This document shows positions 18,744-29,800 of a stretch of 53,877 bases of DNA, piece after piece. Position 1 is the first letter of the stretch. Each line of letters opens with the position of its first letter. Source of the stretch: Nanobdellota archaeon. GTDB lineage: Archaea > Nanobdellota > Nanobdellia > Woesearchaeales > GW2011-AR9. The notes beneath the pieces are model-generated. The model saw nothing but the letters and a program-made list of their open reading frames with translations. It searched no databases and was not told where the DNA came from. The DNA is taken from positions 1-53,877 of the forward strand of contig JAUYPX010000010.1 of assembly GCA_030697505.1 (NCBI GenBank), in the 5' to 3' direction. Both the position numbers and the translations under genes were made by a program.

Positions 18744-19532
18744 ATGGGGGTCGTTTCAAAAGTGTTTATGATGCTCATACCCTTAGTCGTTTTATTTGTG
18801 GTGCTGGCAATATTATTCAGGCCGGAAGAGGGACTTTTTGACAAGGCAAAAGGATTGATCTTGGGCGCAAAAGATGTCCTTCCCACAGTTTCTGTTGGCT
18901 TGGAAGAGCAGAAAGCAGATGTAACTATTCCGGATGTACATAGGGAAGAGATATTTAAGCTTCGGCAGACCATTCAAGGAATGCTAGGTTCGGGAAATAA
19001 AAATTGTTTCGCCAACTATGGAGGGATTTCTGATTTGGGCGAAGGGGGAACTTCCCTAAAATTTGATGTACGGGGTGATAAAACTCTTTTGACCGTCTCT
19101 GGCGGAGCAGGGGAGGGACAAACCATTGCTGATTTAGCGGCTGAGTTCCCTAGAATGAAACCATGCGTCATTGCCGGGGAAGGAGGAACAAGTAAAAACT
19201 TTTTTACTCATTTTATTGAAGAGAAACAGTTAATGTATCCTTATTTTACTCCAGTTAATTCTTTGAGCATCTTCGGCGGTGGATCTGACTATAATGGCAT
19301 CAACATTCCGGAACTCAGCCTGCAAAGTAATCTGGAAGATGGAGGATGGTTATTCACGCCCGACAGGGAACATGTATGTTTCTTCCCCACCAATAAGGTC
19401 GCAAATTATGATGATGATGGGATAGATAATAATTATTTCGCTCTCGGAGAAGAAAATTCTATCCAGAATAGAATTAATCAAGAGAAATTACAATACTGTC
19501 GATCAGAAGAAACGCTGCAAAAGGTACAATGA
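18744..19532 (+). CDS. Membrane-anchored pilus-cluster protein
   Basis: N-terminal hydrophobic helix, no clear basic-Gly cleavage site; operonic spacing. Confidence 0.65.
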   Translation: MGVVSKVFMMLIPLVVLFVVLAILFRPEEGLFDKAKGLILGAKDVLPTVSVGLEEQKADVTIPDVHREEIFKLRQTIQGMLGSGNKNCFANYGGISDLGEGGTSLKFDVRGDKTLLTVSGGAGEGQTIADLAAEFPRMKPCVIAGEGGTSKNFFTHFIEEKQLMYPYFTPVNSLSIFGGGSDYNGINIPELSLQSNLEDGGWLFTPDREHVCFFPTNKVANYDDDGIDNNYFALGEENSIQNRINQEKLQYCRSEETLQKVQ

Positions 19533-20413
19533 TTTCATCAAAAAAAGGATTAGGGATGGAATTTATCATAACTACGTCGCTATTGCTGATTTCATTCTTT
19601 TTGATCGCCGGTCTTTTGGGGCGATTTGCTTCCAGAACCAGTGATCTTGAAGCAGAGTTATTGTGCCAGACTTCCATTGCCCAACGGGCGAAGACAGCAT
19701 TGAATATCGGTAAGGATATCTCAAAGGGATCGGAAGGATCCAGCTTATTTCAAGCGCAGGTTAAAACCATCCCTCCTTTATGCCGGACTATTGACAAAAA
19801 AGTGTCCGGATCAAGAGAGCAAGTTTTGCGCCAGGTAGCAGACGGCATGGCTAGATGCTGGTGGATGTTCGGCGAAGGAAGATATGAAGAGATTCTTGAT
19901 AATGTACAGGCAGATGTTTTCCCAGATGTTTTAGGATTTGAGGATCTAGCTCCCTATACTGATCCAGAATCTGCGAATCAATGCTTTAATTGTTATACAA
20001 TATTGATTGCTCAGAATGAGATTCCCGGCGGACCCATTGAAATAAATGAGATAAATAACTTCCTGCGCACCAAAACTTATGCAAAGGTAAATAAGACTTA
20101 TCTACATTATATCCAAGGTTATGGCGGTCCAGGAAGAGTGGTTTTTACTACTCAGGAAATTTCGCCCAGAGAAGCGTATACTATTTCCATGATGCCAAAG
20201 AATAAAAAGGAAAGCACCTTCTGGAAAGGAGTGATTCAGCAAGCAGCAGGTACGGTCTTAGCTGCATCTCCGCTAGGATTGCCATTATTATATATTGGCC
20301 AGCAGAACCAGCTGGCAGATTTAATCAAGGAGCGGGATGTCAGCTCAATCTATGTCAGTTCGCTGAAAGATGGGCAAGAGAGATGCGGAGAAGGAGATAT
20401 TGCCGGACAATAG
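19529..20413 (+). CDS. Type IV pilin-like protein (class III signal peptide)
   Basis: SKKG|LGMEFIITTSLLLISFFLI; ARCWWMFGEG motif; paired Cys. Confidence 0.75.
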   Translation: MISSKKGLGMEFIITTSLLLISFFLIAGLLGRFASRTSDLEAELLCQTSIAQRAKTALNIGKDISKGSEGSSLFQAQVKTIPPLCRTIDKKVSGSREQVLRQVADGMARCWWMFGEGRYEEILDNVQADVFPDVLGFEDLAPYTDPESANQCFNCYTILIAQNEIPGGPIEINEINNFLRTKTYAKVNKTYLHYIQGYGGPGRVVFTTQEISPREAYTISMMPKNKKESTFWKGVIQQAAGTVLAASPLGLPLLYIGQQNQLADLIKERDVSSIYVSSLKDGQERCGEGDIAGQ

Positions 20414-20420
20414 AGGTGTG

Positions 20421-21299
20421 ATGATGCGGAACAAAAAAGGATTAAGTCCCCTGGGAATAATAGGTTCATTATTAGTAGTAGCAGTCGTAGTAATACTATT
20501 CTTGTTTATTCTGAATAAGTGGTTATCTTCTCAAAGCGATATTGTAGGGGGACAAATAGGTGGTGTCCAAGGCGATGCGGATAAAGACAGTATCCGTAAT
20601 TTCTTTGACAAATGCCCTTGCACTTTTGGCGATTCTATCTCTGACGGATGTCCGGCGATTTTTACTGAAGAACAGAAAAAAGAAGATGTAAAAAAGTATA
20701 ATAGCGAGCCGCCGTGTGGAATTGTAGCAGGAGAGGCACCGGTCAGAATTGGAACGACTACGGTAGAGCATGTAGGTAGAGAAGAGCCTGAACAAGCAAT
20801 TCAATTCAAGAAGTATCAATCAATTGAAATATTTGGAGATGCTATTGATGAAGAGGATCTGCCGAAAGACGGCACAATTAGATTAGCTTGTACTGGCTTT
20901 GTGGGAGGAGAAGTAGTGCCAGATTGCCATAGTGAGGATAATGACTGTGATGGAGAGTTTAATCTTCAGCCTCTCAAAGACGGATGCTGGGTCATGGCTA
21001 GCGAAGATGATAACGAAGGAAATGATTGCGGACAAGCAAGAGTTGATGATGGCACTATCATACCTTTAAGAGAATTTAAAAATCTTAAAGTTGATGTTAT
21101 TAATAATTATCTTTCTCTTCCTAATGAAGGCGATCCAAAAAATATTTTCTCCTGGAGATGGAAATCTAAGGATGAATATGGCTCATTGTTATGCAATAAA
21201 GGAGCTTGGTACGGCTGCAAAGAAGTTAATGAAGGTAAAACTAAACAAGTCAATAGCTTAACGTACAAATGCACAGGAAGCGAGTGGGTTAAGCAATAG
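20421..21299 (+). CDS. Pilin-like protein with thrombospondin type 3-like Ca-binding motif and Cys-rich domain
   Basis: NKKG|LSPLGIIGSLLVV; DADKDSIRNFFDKCP; SD gaggtg. Confidence 0.7.
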   Translation: MMRNKKGLSPLGIIGSLLVVAVVVILFLFILNKWLSSQSDIVGGQIGGVQGDADKDSIRNFFDKCPCTFGDSISDGCPAIFTEEQKKEDVKKYNSEPPCGIVAGEAPVRIGTTTVEHVGREEPEQAIQFKKYQSIEIFGDAIDEEDLPKDGTIRLACTGFVGGEVVPDCHSEDNDCDGEFNLQPLKDGCWVMASEDDNEGNDCGQARVDDGTIIPLREFKNLKVDVINNYLSLPNEGDPKNIFSWRWKSKDEYGSLLCNKGAWYGCKEVNEGKTKQVNSLTYKCTGSEWVKQ

Positions 21300-21318
21300 A
21301 TTGAAAGAATGTGGACAG

Positions 21319-21996
21319 ATGAAATCAAAAAAAGGGATCATGGTACAATTTTTAGTTTCTTTACTATTGTGCCTGATGATTTTCATTCCCGCCTGTTATT
21401 TTGTTTCTGGCATTTTCCGCACCAGCGAGCAGGCGCAGGATAATTTTTCTGAGTTTGTGAAAGAGTTGAATGATTTTCAAGAACATGGAAAGGTAGGGGA
21501 ACGGAAAAGTGTTCTTCTGATCATGGATGATGAAACTGCTATTGTATATTTTCAGAAAAATGCGCAGAAAGCAGTGATAGATGTGGATGCCAAACTGCCA
21601 AATAATGATTATTCCATCCATCTGCTGAAGCCAGGACAATGCGATGATTCCAAGAATTGCGTATGCCTTTTCCGAGATACAGAGTTTGATACGACCCTTT
21701 TCGAAAAAGTCAGCCTTACTGAACTTAAAGGAAAGGTTACAGTCACTCCTAAGAAAGTTGTCTGTACAGATATTGATTATAATTTAGAGGTAGAGACCTG
21801 CAGCATTGGAGACGGAACGATGGTAAATTCCTATACTTGCTCAGATGGTTTTATGATTGAACGGAATTTGGCGAAAGGATCTTCACTTGCCGTAGGAAGT
21901 TATTACGAAATTCCCCGAAGAACTGTTTTGTATTTCAACAAGGAGAATGGAGATACTATTAAACTTCTTGGCGATTACGGTGGAACGAATGAATAA
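21319..21996 (+). CDS. Type IV pilin-like protein (class III signal peptide)
   Basis: SKKG|IMVQFLVSLLLCLMIF. Confidence 0.7.
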   Translation: MKSKKGIMVQFLVSLLLCLMIFIPACYFVSGIFRTSEQAQDNFSEFVKELNDFQEHGKVGERKSVLLIMDDETAIVYFQKNAQKAVIDVDAKLPNNDYSIHLLKPGQCDDSKNCVCLFRDTEFDTTLFEKVSLTELKGKVTVTPKKVVCTDIDYNLEVETCSIGDGTMVNSYTCSDGFMIERNLAKGSSLAVGSYYEIPRRTVLYFNKENGDTIKLLGDYGGTNE

Positions 21997-22444
21997 CAGC
22001 ATGGATAAGCGTGGAATCACCACCTTGATGATGATCTTGGAGATCATGATTGTCCTCATTTCTGCCTATTCCATCTTCAGTATCGCTTCCAAATATGCCA
22101 GTTCAGAAACAACTAATAAAATTATCATCGCTGATGATCTCAAGATGATGATCGATACTTTAGTCGGAACTCCCGGTGAGGCGGTAGTGCAGTATCCAGG
22201 GAATGTCTCCAAATATACATTTATTCTGAGTACCAGTTCAGTAAGTGTTTTCATCAAAGGGGAAGGCGAGCAGAAAAAAATTATACGATATTTTTCCCTG
22301 CCGGATGGATATCAGGCCTTTGGAACTTTAGAAGGAAAAAGTGATCTCTGTTTAGAGAAAGAAAAGAAGAAAATTGTGCTAAGGGAATGTAAACAGGCAA
22401 GTGAGAAACCGGAATCTCTGCAAAAAATAATTGTGAAGGAATAA
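21989..22444 (+). CDS. Type IV pilin-like protein (class III signal peptide)
   Basis: DKRG|ITTLMMILEIMIVLI. Confidence 0.7.
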   Translation: MNNSMDKRGITTLMMILEIMIVLISAYSIFSIASKYASSETTNKIIIADDLKMMIDTLVGTPGEAVVQYPGNVSKYTFILSTSSVSVFIKGEGEQKKIIRYFSLPDGYQAFGTLEGKSDLCLEKEKKKIVLRECKQASEKPESLQKIIVKE

Positions 22445-22445
22445 G

Positions 22446-22937
22446 ATGGGCGAAGATGACATATTTGATTTAACCAGGAAACAGATGTACTGGGGCATCG
22501 CTGCCTTTATGGTAGTGATAGCTGCATTGATACTTGTTTTTGCGATCCTCCCCAGATACCAACAATCATTAGTTGAAGTGCCTCAAGAACTGCGAGCTGA
22601 GCTGATCAGCTTGAGATTTGTAAACACCCCAGAATGTTTCACCTATCAGGATCAGACTACGGGAAGGATTTTTGTCGGCGTCATCGATCTGCAGAAGTTT
22701 ACCCAAGATCGCATGGACAAATGTTATCGGACTGAACCAGATAAAGGGTTTAAAGACTTTAATTTTGCCTTGGAATTGGAAGGATATACCCCCACACTAG
22801 ACGGTAAGAAGAAGTTGCTGATGAGCAATAATTTTTTCAACAAGGTTGATTTTACATTATATAAGCAGGTGTTGGTACGGAATGGCCAGGTTTTAGAACC
22901 AGCCAGGATGATCATACATGTCCAGGCGAGGATTTAG
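22446..22937 (+). CDS. Pilin-cluster membrane-anchored protein
   Basis: N-terminal TM YWGIAAFMVVIAALILVFAIL; Cys pair. Confidence 0.65.
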   Translation: MGEDDIFDLTRKQMYWGIAAFMVVIAALILVFAILPRYQQSLVEVPQELRAELISLRFVNTPECFTYQDQTTGRIFVGVIDLQKFTQDRMDKCYRTEPDKGFKDFNFALELEGYTPTLDGKKKLLMSNNFFNKVDFTLYKQVLVRNGQVLEPARMIIHVQARI

Positions 22938-23432
22938 ATGGTGAAGTTGTTTATTAAAAATAAAAGTGGAATCATGGACGATTTTACAGATCTACTTTCT
23001 TTTGTGTTGATCCTTTCCATGATAGGTTTTTTTGCCTTTGTGGTTTTTCATACCGATGCTGGTGATAAGGCTGATCAAACTTTAGAAAGGCTTGTTTCTC
23101 TGCACGGCCAGGAAGAACTTTTAGATCTAATTAATTCTCCTACTTTGATAGGTAATAAGGAAGCAACGATGAAGGATGCTATACTTTTAGCAGTACATAA
23201 AAAGGATGCAGAATTATTTAGGGCGGTGATGGAAACATATTTTGAAGAACACCAGCTGGAGGGAGGAGTGGCAGTATTTGATTCTGTTTCCTACGGCACG
23301 GAAGAGGAGCCTGAGCCCTTATTATCATATAATAATGTTGTTTTTCTGGGAAAGGAGAAAGGAGCGTTGTATCTGACTAATACCTACGCCATAGGAAAAG
23401 AAAAATCAGTAGTGGTAAAACTATTTGGATAA
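22938..23432 (+). CDS. Type IV pilin-like protein (class III signal peptide)
   Basis: NKSG|IMDDFTDLLSFVLILSMIGFF. Confidence 0.65.
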   Translation: MVKLFIKNKSGIMDDFTDLLSFVLILSMIGFFAFVVFHTDAGDKADQTLERLVSLHGQEELLDLINSPTLIGNKEATMKDAILLAVHKKDAELFRAVMETYFEEHQLEGGVAVFDSVSYGTEEEPEPLLSYNNVVFLGKEKGALYLTNTYAIGKEKSVVVKLFG

Positions 23433-23436
23433 AAAA

Positions 23437-24309
23437 ATGAAACGAGAAAATGAAAAAGGCAATGAAAAAGACATTTTCTCTAGTTTATTCATCCGCACGG
23501 AGAAGCAACGACTTCTCCGGCGTCCCGAAGGGCTTTTGCTGCCCTTCGTCGGACTTCATAAACAATCAAAAAAAGGAGCATTATTTCATTGGGTAGGTAT
23601 CGTGGTGGTCCTGGCATTAGCTTTTGCGGTACTTTCACCGGTCGAATTTGGAGTAAAACCAAAAGGGACCTGGCAGTTAGATTTTCTGCATTACAATTAT
23701 ATTGAAGGAGAAAAGCAACTTACGGATACCGATCAGTTGGCCTTGCAGGCAGGGAGAGAAACGGTATTTTCTCTTGCTAAAAAAGGAGGATTTGTACAGA
23801 CTCCGGCTTGCGGCTCTTTTGAAGGAGTGATCTATTGGAATAAAGGACAGGATTTTTGCTTCCTCAATGTAGATGGAGAACTCAATACGGAATTCAATTC
23901 CCACTATAAGAAGTATGATAAGGAAGCCGATTTTACTATTTCACGTCAGGGAAAAGAACTGATGGGAAAAACTGGGAAAAAAATAGCGTTAGGATCGGGA
24001 GCCCAGCAATATCTTCTTAATTCTGGCTTCCGAGTGAATGTAGATTATGATTTTGATGAATATTTCCGTTTACAGGATGAGGCTAAGAAGATGGTGAACG
24101 AATGCAAGCAGGCTACGCAACTGCAAGATTGCTTGGATAAAATAAAACTGTCCTATTGGAAATTCGGCAGCTGTGAAGCTGAACTGTTTGCTGAGCAGGA
24201 AAGGAAAGTTGTTTTCTGTATTAAAAGCCCTGGCAAGTATGCTGTTTTTGAGAAAGGCAAGTTTATTCCGGTGGAGTATAAGGTAGGATTAGATTTCGGG
24301 ATGAAATAG
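23437..24309 (+). CDS. Type IV pilin-like protein with an unusually long leader containing an in-frame palindromic insert
   Basis: SKKG|ALFHWVGIVVVLALAF; the leader spans the branched hairpin 23483-23563. Confidence 0.65.
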   Translation: MKRENEKGNEKDIFSSLFIRTEKQRLLRRPEGLLLPFVGLHKQSKKGALFHWVGIVVVLALAFAVLSPVEFGVKPKGTWQLDFLHYNYIEGEKQLTDTDQLALQAGRETVFSLAKKGGFVQTPACGSFEGVIYWNKGQDFCFLNVDGELNTEFNSHYKKYDKEADFTISRQGKELMGKTGKKIALGSGAQQYLLNSGFRVNVDYDFDEYFRLQDEAKKMVNECKQATQLQDCLDKIKLSYWKFGSCEAELFAEQERKVVFCIKSPGKYAVFEKGKFIPVEYKVGLDFGMK

Positions 24310-24365
24310 GTATTATTAAAATACGCAAGTTCTATTAGGTAATTATCTTTTCTAAAACACGCATT

Positions 24366-24400
24366 ATATGACATATTGACATATGACAAAATATATAAAT
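24366..24400 (+). promoter_or_regulatory. Putative promoter of the RHS operon with three TGACA direct repeats
   Basis: atatgacatattgacatatgacaaaatatataaat. Confidence 0.4.
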
Positions 24401-24471
24401 TACCTAATCTTACTTCGATAAGAAATTATTCGTGAGTAGATACTTACGATAAATAAAAAAGAGGCTGAACG

Positions 24472-25569
24472 ATGAATTATTCAAAACTATTGGTGGTTCT
24501 ACTACTAAGTTTAACATTCGTTTTATTTGTAGTAGCAGAGGAATTAGCTCCTGAAGTAATTAATGAAAATACTTCTATCGCTCCAGAACAAAATTCTACT
24601 TTAGAAATACTGCCGGTAGAGGAAACTACTGTTGTTATCCAACCCATTGAAGAAGTTGTTCCTGTTGAAAATTCTTCTGACACACTCACTGGCAGTTTAG
24701 TCATTGAACCAGTTGTTGAGCAACCTATTCTCAAAACAATTATGGAATTGATTATGAACAAGATTTCCGTAATTCGCGGACAATTAGTACAATTAACTGC
24801 ATCTCTTTTCTATGGGGATGGTTCTCCTGCTATGAATAAAGAAGTTACGTTCTATGCCGGGGAAGAGAAGATTGGTTCTGATACTACTAATGGGGCTGGA
24901 AAAGCAAAATTATCGTGGGATACTTCTCCATTTGGAGCTAATGTCTATGTGATCAGCGCAGAATATGCTGGGGAAACAGGTGTGGAAGGAAGTTCTGCTG
25001 GCGCTAATGTGGTGATTACGGAAGTGTTGCCAAAAGTGCAAGAAACAACTACGAATGAATCAATGCTTACCACCGCGGCAGTGGTTGAACCCGCAGTAAC
25101 AGCACCTGTTGAGAAAATTGAGAGCTGCGTTACGGTCAATTTTGAAGATACGGAAAATGTCTATGGCACTTGCACACATGAAGTACTTGAATGCGGTGGC
25201 CTCAATAATGCTACTTGCGCAACGGTGCAGAAAGAATATCGATGTTTCCTTGGCCAGCAGAAAGTTCAGAAAAGCTACCAGCAATGCAAAACAGTTGGAT
25301 GGCAGATCAACAATGGGCAAAAAATAGTGAAATTGGATACTACCAATTATGCCTGTTCAACCCAGGAAAGCGGCTCTACTATCACAGTTATCTGCGACAG
25401 CCAATATGACGGCAATGGTGATGGCATTTGCAAATCCGGGGAAAGTTGTCAGAAATTTGTGGTAAATGGAACTACTATTGTGAGATCAGAGAAAAACTCT
25501 GATGACCAGTATAAGGAAGCTGATGACAGCTACTTCATGCCAGAGGTAGGTGTGGTGGTGCTGCAATGA
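24472..25569 (+). CDS. Secreted protein with acidic low-complexity linker, Ig-like (Big_1-like) domain and Cys-rich C-terminal domain
   Basis: Sec signal; VTFYAG...DTTNGAGKAKLSW...Y; CDSQYDGNGDGICKSGESC. Confidence 0.65.
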   Translation: MNYSKLLVVLLLSLTFVLFVVAEELAPEVINENTSIAPEQNSTLEILPVEETTVVIQPIEEVVPVENSSDTLTGSLVIEPVVEQPILKTIMELIMNKISVIRGQLVQLTASLFYGDGSPAMNKEVTFYAGEEKIGSDTTNGAGKAKLSWDTSPFGANVYVISAEYAGETGVEGSSAGANVVITEVLPKVQETTTNESMLTTAAVVEPAVTAPVEKIESCVTVNFEDTENVYGTCTHEVLECGGLNNATCATVQKEYRCFLGQQKVQKSYQQCKTVGWQINNGQKIVKLDTTNYACSTQESGSTITVICDSQYDGNGDGICKSGESCQKFVVNGTTIVRSEKNSDDQYKEADDSYFMPEVGVVVLQ

Positions 25570-26858
25570 GAAGAGTACTACTATTGTTGGGATTGATGGT
25601 GATATTGTCTTCGTTTGTTTCTGCTGGAGTAACGTACCGTGCTACTTTTGAGAACAATTCCGTGCAAGGTTGGGGAGGAGGATCAGCAACGAGTACTGCT
25701 CCTCTTAATGGAACGTATTCTTTTGTCAATGGCAAAACAGATTCATCTTATACCAAAAGTAATGGAATGGTTACCAATAGTTCGTTTAATGTCAGTTTCA
25801 AATTTAGGCATGATATAACTACTGGAGGATGTTACAGGTTTGGTGTTGGTACTCAACCTCATGTCTTAGCAACTTCTCTTCATATTGCCTTTGGTAATGC
25901 CAATGAATGTAATACCGGCGGAACTGCAACCACAGTATGGGTCAGTGATGGAAGTACAACTGTTACTGATTCTGGTAAAACGATTGACGAAGCAACCACT
26001 GGTGCGGGAAGTAACCTGACATTTGAAATCAATGCAACTAAATCTGGCGATGTTACTGATACTAAATGGAGGTTCTATATCAACAATCAAGCTCCAACAA
26101 CTTGGTATGACACAGTTGGTTCTACACCCACAAGAAAATTAACCAACCTTATGATTAAAGATACTCTGACTAACAATTTATGGCTTGATGATATCAGGGT
26201 GTATAATGCTAGTGCTTTTGCTGCAGGAGCTCCCGTTCTTTCTGCAATCAACTGCACGAGCTGTAATATTCCATTTGGAGATATTTTATCTCCGTACACT
26301 ACTGTAGATACTACCCCATCATTTAAGTTTACAGTGAGCCCAGCCGCAAATTGTCGCATTAGTGATGAAAATCATAACTACACTACTATGGGCGCATCAC
26401 GAAATTGTGATGGAACTGATTGTAGTTTAACCGTGCAGGATGAATTAGTTGCTTCAACAGATTATGTGTATATTGGCTGTCAAAATGCTGGCACTGGAGA
26501 AGAATCAGCAGCCAGTTCATCTGGCGCGTTACAGATGGATATCACTGGATTGTCAGGAACAGTAGCTAATGCCATTGAAGCTGGAATACAACGAAGCGCG
26601 ATCTGGCCGGGAGCGACGATATATAGCGATCAGCAAGTATATTTGCGGAATTTGAATAATCAGCAAGTGTTAGCCACGGTAGATAAAATTGCCGTGTATG
26701 GCAATCAGCGCTGGCTTTTCAATAATGGGATTGACGGCGAGAACGCTTTAGGTTTGTTTAATATTACATCGGTGGTGTATGTGCTTGATGTGGTGAATGT
26801 TTCATCAGATGAATTGTCGGGTAGAGTTTCCGGATTGATAAATTCGACGAAAAACTAA
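25566..26858 (+). CDS. Secreted Thr/Ser-rich protein, possible lectin/laminin-G-like N-terminal domain
   Basis: Sec signal; ATFENN...LWLDDIRVYN pattern; ATGA-coupled to the upstream gene. Confidence 0.6.
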   Translation: MRRVLLLLGLMVILSSFVSAGVTYRATFENNSVQGWGGGSATSTAPLNGTYSFVNGKTDSSYTKSNGMVTNSSFNVSFKFRHDITTGGCYRFGVGTQPHVLATSLHIAFGNANECNTGGTATTVWVSDGSTTVTDSGKTIDEATTGAGSNLTFEINATKSGDVTDTKWRFYINNQAPTTWYDTVGSTPTRKLTNLMIKDTLTNNLWLDDIRVYNASAFAAGAPVLSAINCTSCNIPFGDILSPYTTVDTTPSFKFTVSPAANCRISDENHNYTTMGASRNCDGTDCSLTVQDELVASTDYVYIGCQNAGTGEESAASSSGALQMDITGLSGTVANAIEAGIQRSAIWPGATIYSDQQVYLRNLNNQQVLATVDKIAVYGNQRWLFNNGIDGENALGLFNITSVVYVLDVVNVSSDELSGRVSGLINSTKN

Positions 26859-26869
26859 AAAGGGGCGAT

Positions 26870-29800
26870 ATGAAAAAGATATTTTTTGTATTTTTTGTAG
26901 TTTGCATGTTTGCACCTATGGCTTTTGCTGCCGATCAGTTCAAGCCGTACTTGCACACCGCAACTGTTCCGGAAGCGCCTAAACTAAATTTGTACGGACA
27001 ATATCAAACTAATCTCTATGCTGGAGCAGCGACCTATAGTTATGGATTGAGTGTGCCGAAGGGAACTAATAATCTACAGCCCTCGCTGGTGCTTTCGTAT
27101 TCCAGTCAAGCGATACAGGGAATGCCTTCTATAGTTGGCGCGGGATGGTCGTTATCGGATAATTTCATTCAGCGGGATAATAACGGCACGCTGAATAATC
27201 TGTCTGATGATTATTTCATCTTGAATATGGAAGGGAACCAGCATTATCTGCGCTCTACCTCTTTGGGAAATTTCAGCACGCAAGTGGATTCTTATTTCAA
27301 GATTCAGAATATTTCGTATGTGGGAAATGATTATGACATGTATTGGTTAGTGACCAAAAAAGATGGCACCCAATATCGTTTCGGCTATAATACTACCAGT
27401 TCTGAATTGGCAGCAACGTCGCATGTAGTGCAGTGGAAGTTAGATCGAGTAGAAGATACCTTTGGGAATGTGATGAGCTATAGTTATACTGAGAGTGATG
27501 GAGTTGCTTATCTATCGCAGATAGACTATGAGCAGAGAAAAGTTACCTTTAATTATGATAATAATCGGTCTGATTTCCGACCAGTGTATGTGTCAGGCTT
27601 ATATCAGAACATGAGCAAACGGCTGAGTTCAGTTTCCGTATTTTCCAATGATGAATTAGTACGACGATATGACTTGACTTATACAGCAATTTCCTCTGGC
27701 TTAACTTCTTTACAGAACATAACTTATTTAGGTGATGATAATAGTTCGAGGCTGCATACTATTTCTTTTGATTATTATTCTTCCGCTCCAGGATTTTGGC
27801 AGCGAAGCACGCATTGGCCTTCGCCCATAATGTTTACATACGATGCTGTCCCGGATACGGGAGCGCGGATGGTTGATGTGAATAATGATGGGTTTGTGGA
27901 TATAGCCTATGGCAATACCACCACTCAAGAAAAGAAAGTATATCTCAACGATAAAATTAGCGGGTTTAACCTTTCTTCCTGGGTCTTGCCACATTATTTC
28001 ATTCACAGCGATGGAACAGATAACGGCGTCCGTTTTGTGGATGTGAATAATGATGGGTATACTGACTTGCTGCGGGCGCGGGATGGAACACGGCAGTTAT
28101 ATTTGAATAACGGTACGGCCTGGAATCTCACTTCCTCGTGGACTATTCCTGTTGATTTTTGGAATAGTGGAGAAGGCCAGGGAATACTGATAAGTGATGT
28201 CAACAATGATGGCTATCAGGATATTCTTCAATCTAACAGTCAAAATAATAGGCATGTCTATCTTCATAATCGTAGCAGCAGCTGGAAGGAAGACACTTCC
28301 TGGTATATTCCGGTGAATTTTACCGCCGCCAGCGCAGATACTGGCGTTCGGCTTATTGATGTGAATGGTGATGGTCTTCCCGATATTCTTCACAGTGATC
28401 TAGGCAAAGCTTTCAAAAAAACATATTTACATAATGGCAGCGGCTGGACAGAAACAACGGCCTATTTCCAAATTCCTTCTTATTTCACTGGTACGTCTAA
28501 TGAAGATTACGGAGTACGGTTTATTGAAGTGAATGGCGACGGCTTGATCGATATCATTTCAGATCGGAATGAAAATGATGTTCTGGAAAAAACCGCCTGG
28601 CTGAATAATGGTTCAGGCTGGGCAAAAAATAATTCTTGGATCAATCCTAATAATTTTGTAGATGGCAGTTTCAACGGCCATAAAAGGATTGTTGACGTGA
28701 ACGGTGACGGCATGGCTGATTTGATGCAGGCTAAAGATGGGGTCATTGCCACCTGGATTAGAAATCAGACTTATCAGCCAGTACTTTTACGGGTACAAAA
28801 TGAATACGGTGGAGTGATGGTGATAAATTATACTGATTCAACTTCTTTGAATAATTCATTAGAGGGGTATTCTACCTTAGGATTTAATATCAAGGTGGTG
28901 AAGAATATTACTGGCTATAACGGCATGAATGGGGATTTTGCCTTGAATTACAGCACTCGGTACAATTATTCCGGTGGTTCGTATTCCTTTGATTTTAGAG
29001 AGTTTCGGGGGTTTGCTAAGGTTGCAGAACAAACTCTTTCTGCGGTAGTTACGCATTATTTCCATCAGGACGATGCCCTGAAAGGAAAGGAGTTTAAGAC
29101 CGAAGTGACAGAGGGGAAGAATTATAGTATGTCTGTGAAGGGATTTAAATTTACAAATAGCAGTGGTGTGTTTAATGTTACGCTGGAATTTAGTTCTACT
29201 TATAGGTACGATGGAAGTGAAATACCAGTGGTGGTGAATACCAGCTATGTATATGATAGATTTGGCAATGTAATTTCGGTTACTTCCTTGGGCGATGTTG
29301 GTGTGGTAGGCGATGAACGGTTTACCAATTATACTTATGTGCTTGATGATATATTCCTGGATAAAGTTTCTAGTTCTAAGACTTTGGATAATAATTCTGT
29401 TAAGATAAAAGAATCGAAGTTTTACTATGATGGCTTAGGATTGAATGGGATTGGTTTACGGGGAGCATTGAGTAAGAAAGAAGATTGGGATGATAATGGA
29501 AATAATAGTTTTGTGTACTTTGACTATGATGAATTTGGAAATGTGAAAAGACAGACAGATAGTTTAGGAAATTCTATGAGTTATAGTTATGATGGAACGC
29601 ATGTTTACCCTGTTACTATTGTGAATGCACTTGGACATGTGATGACGTATGAGTATGATGTGGGCACTGGAAATTTGCTTTCTGAGAAGAAAAATGGTAT
29701 CGAAACGAGTTATCAGTATGATGTATTTGGAAGAATTACAAAGGAGATTAGACCGTACGATTCATCTTCCTTACCGACCAAGAAATATAATTACAGTATG

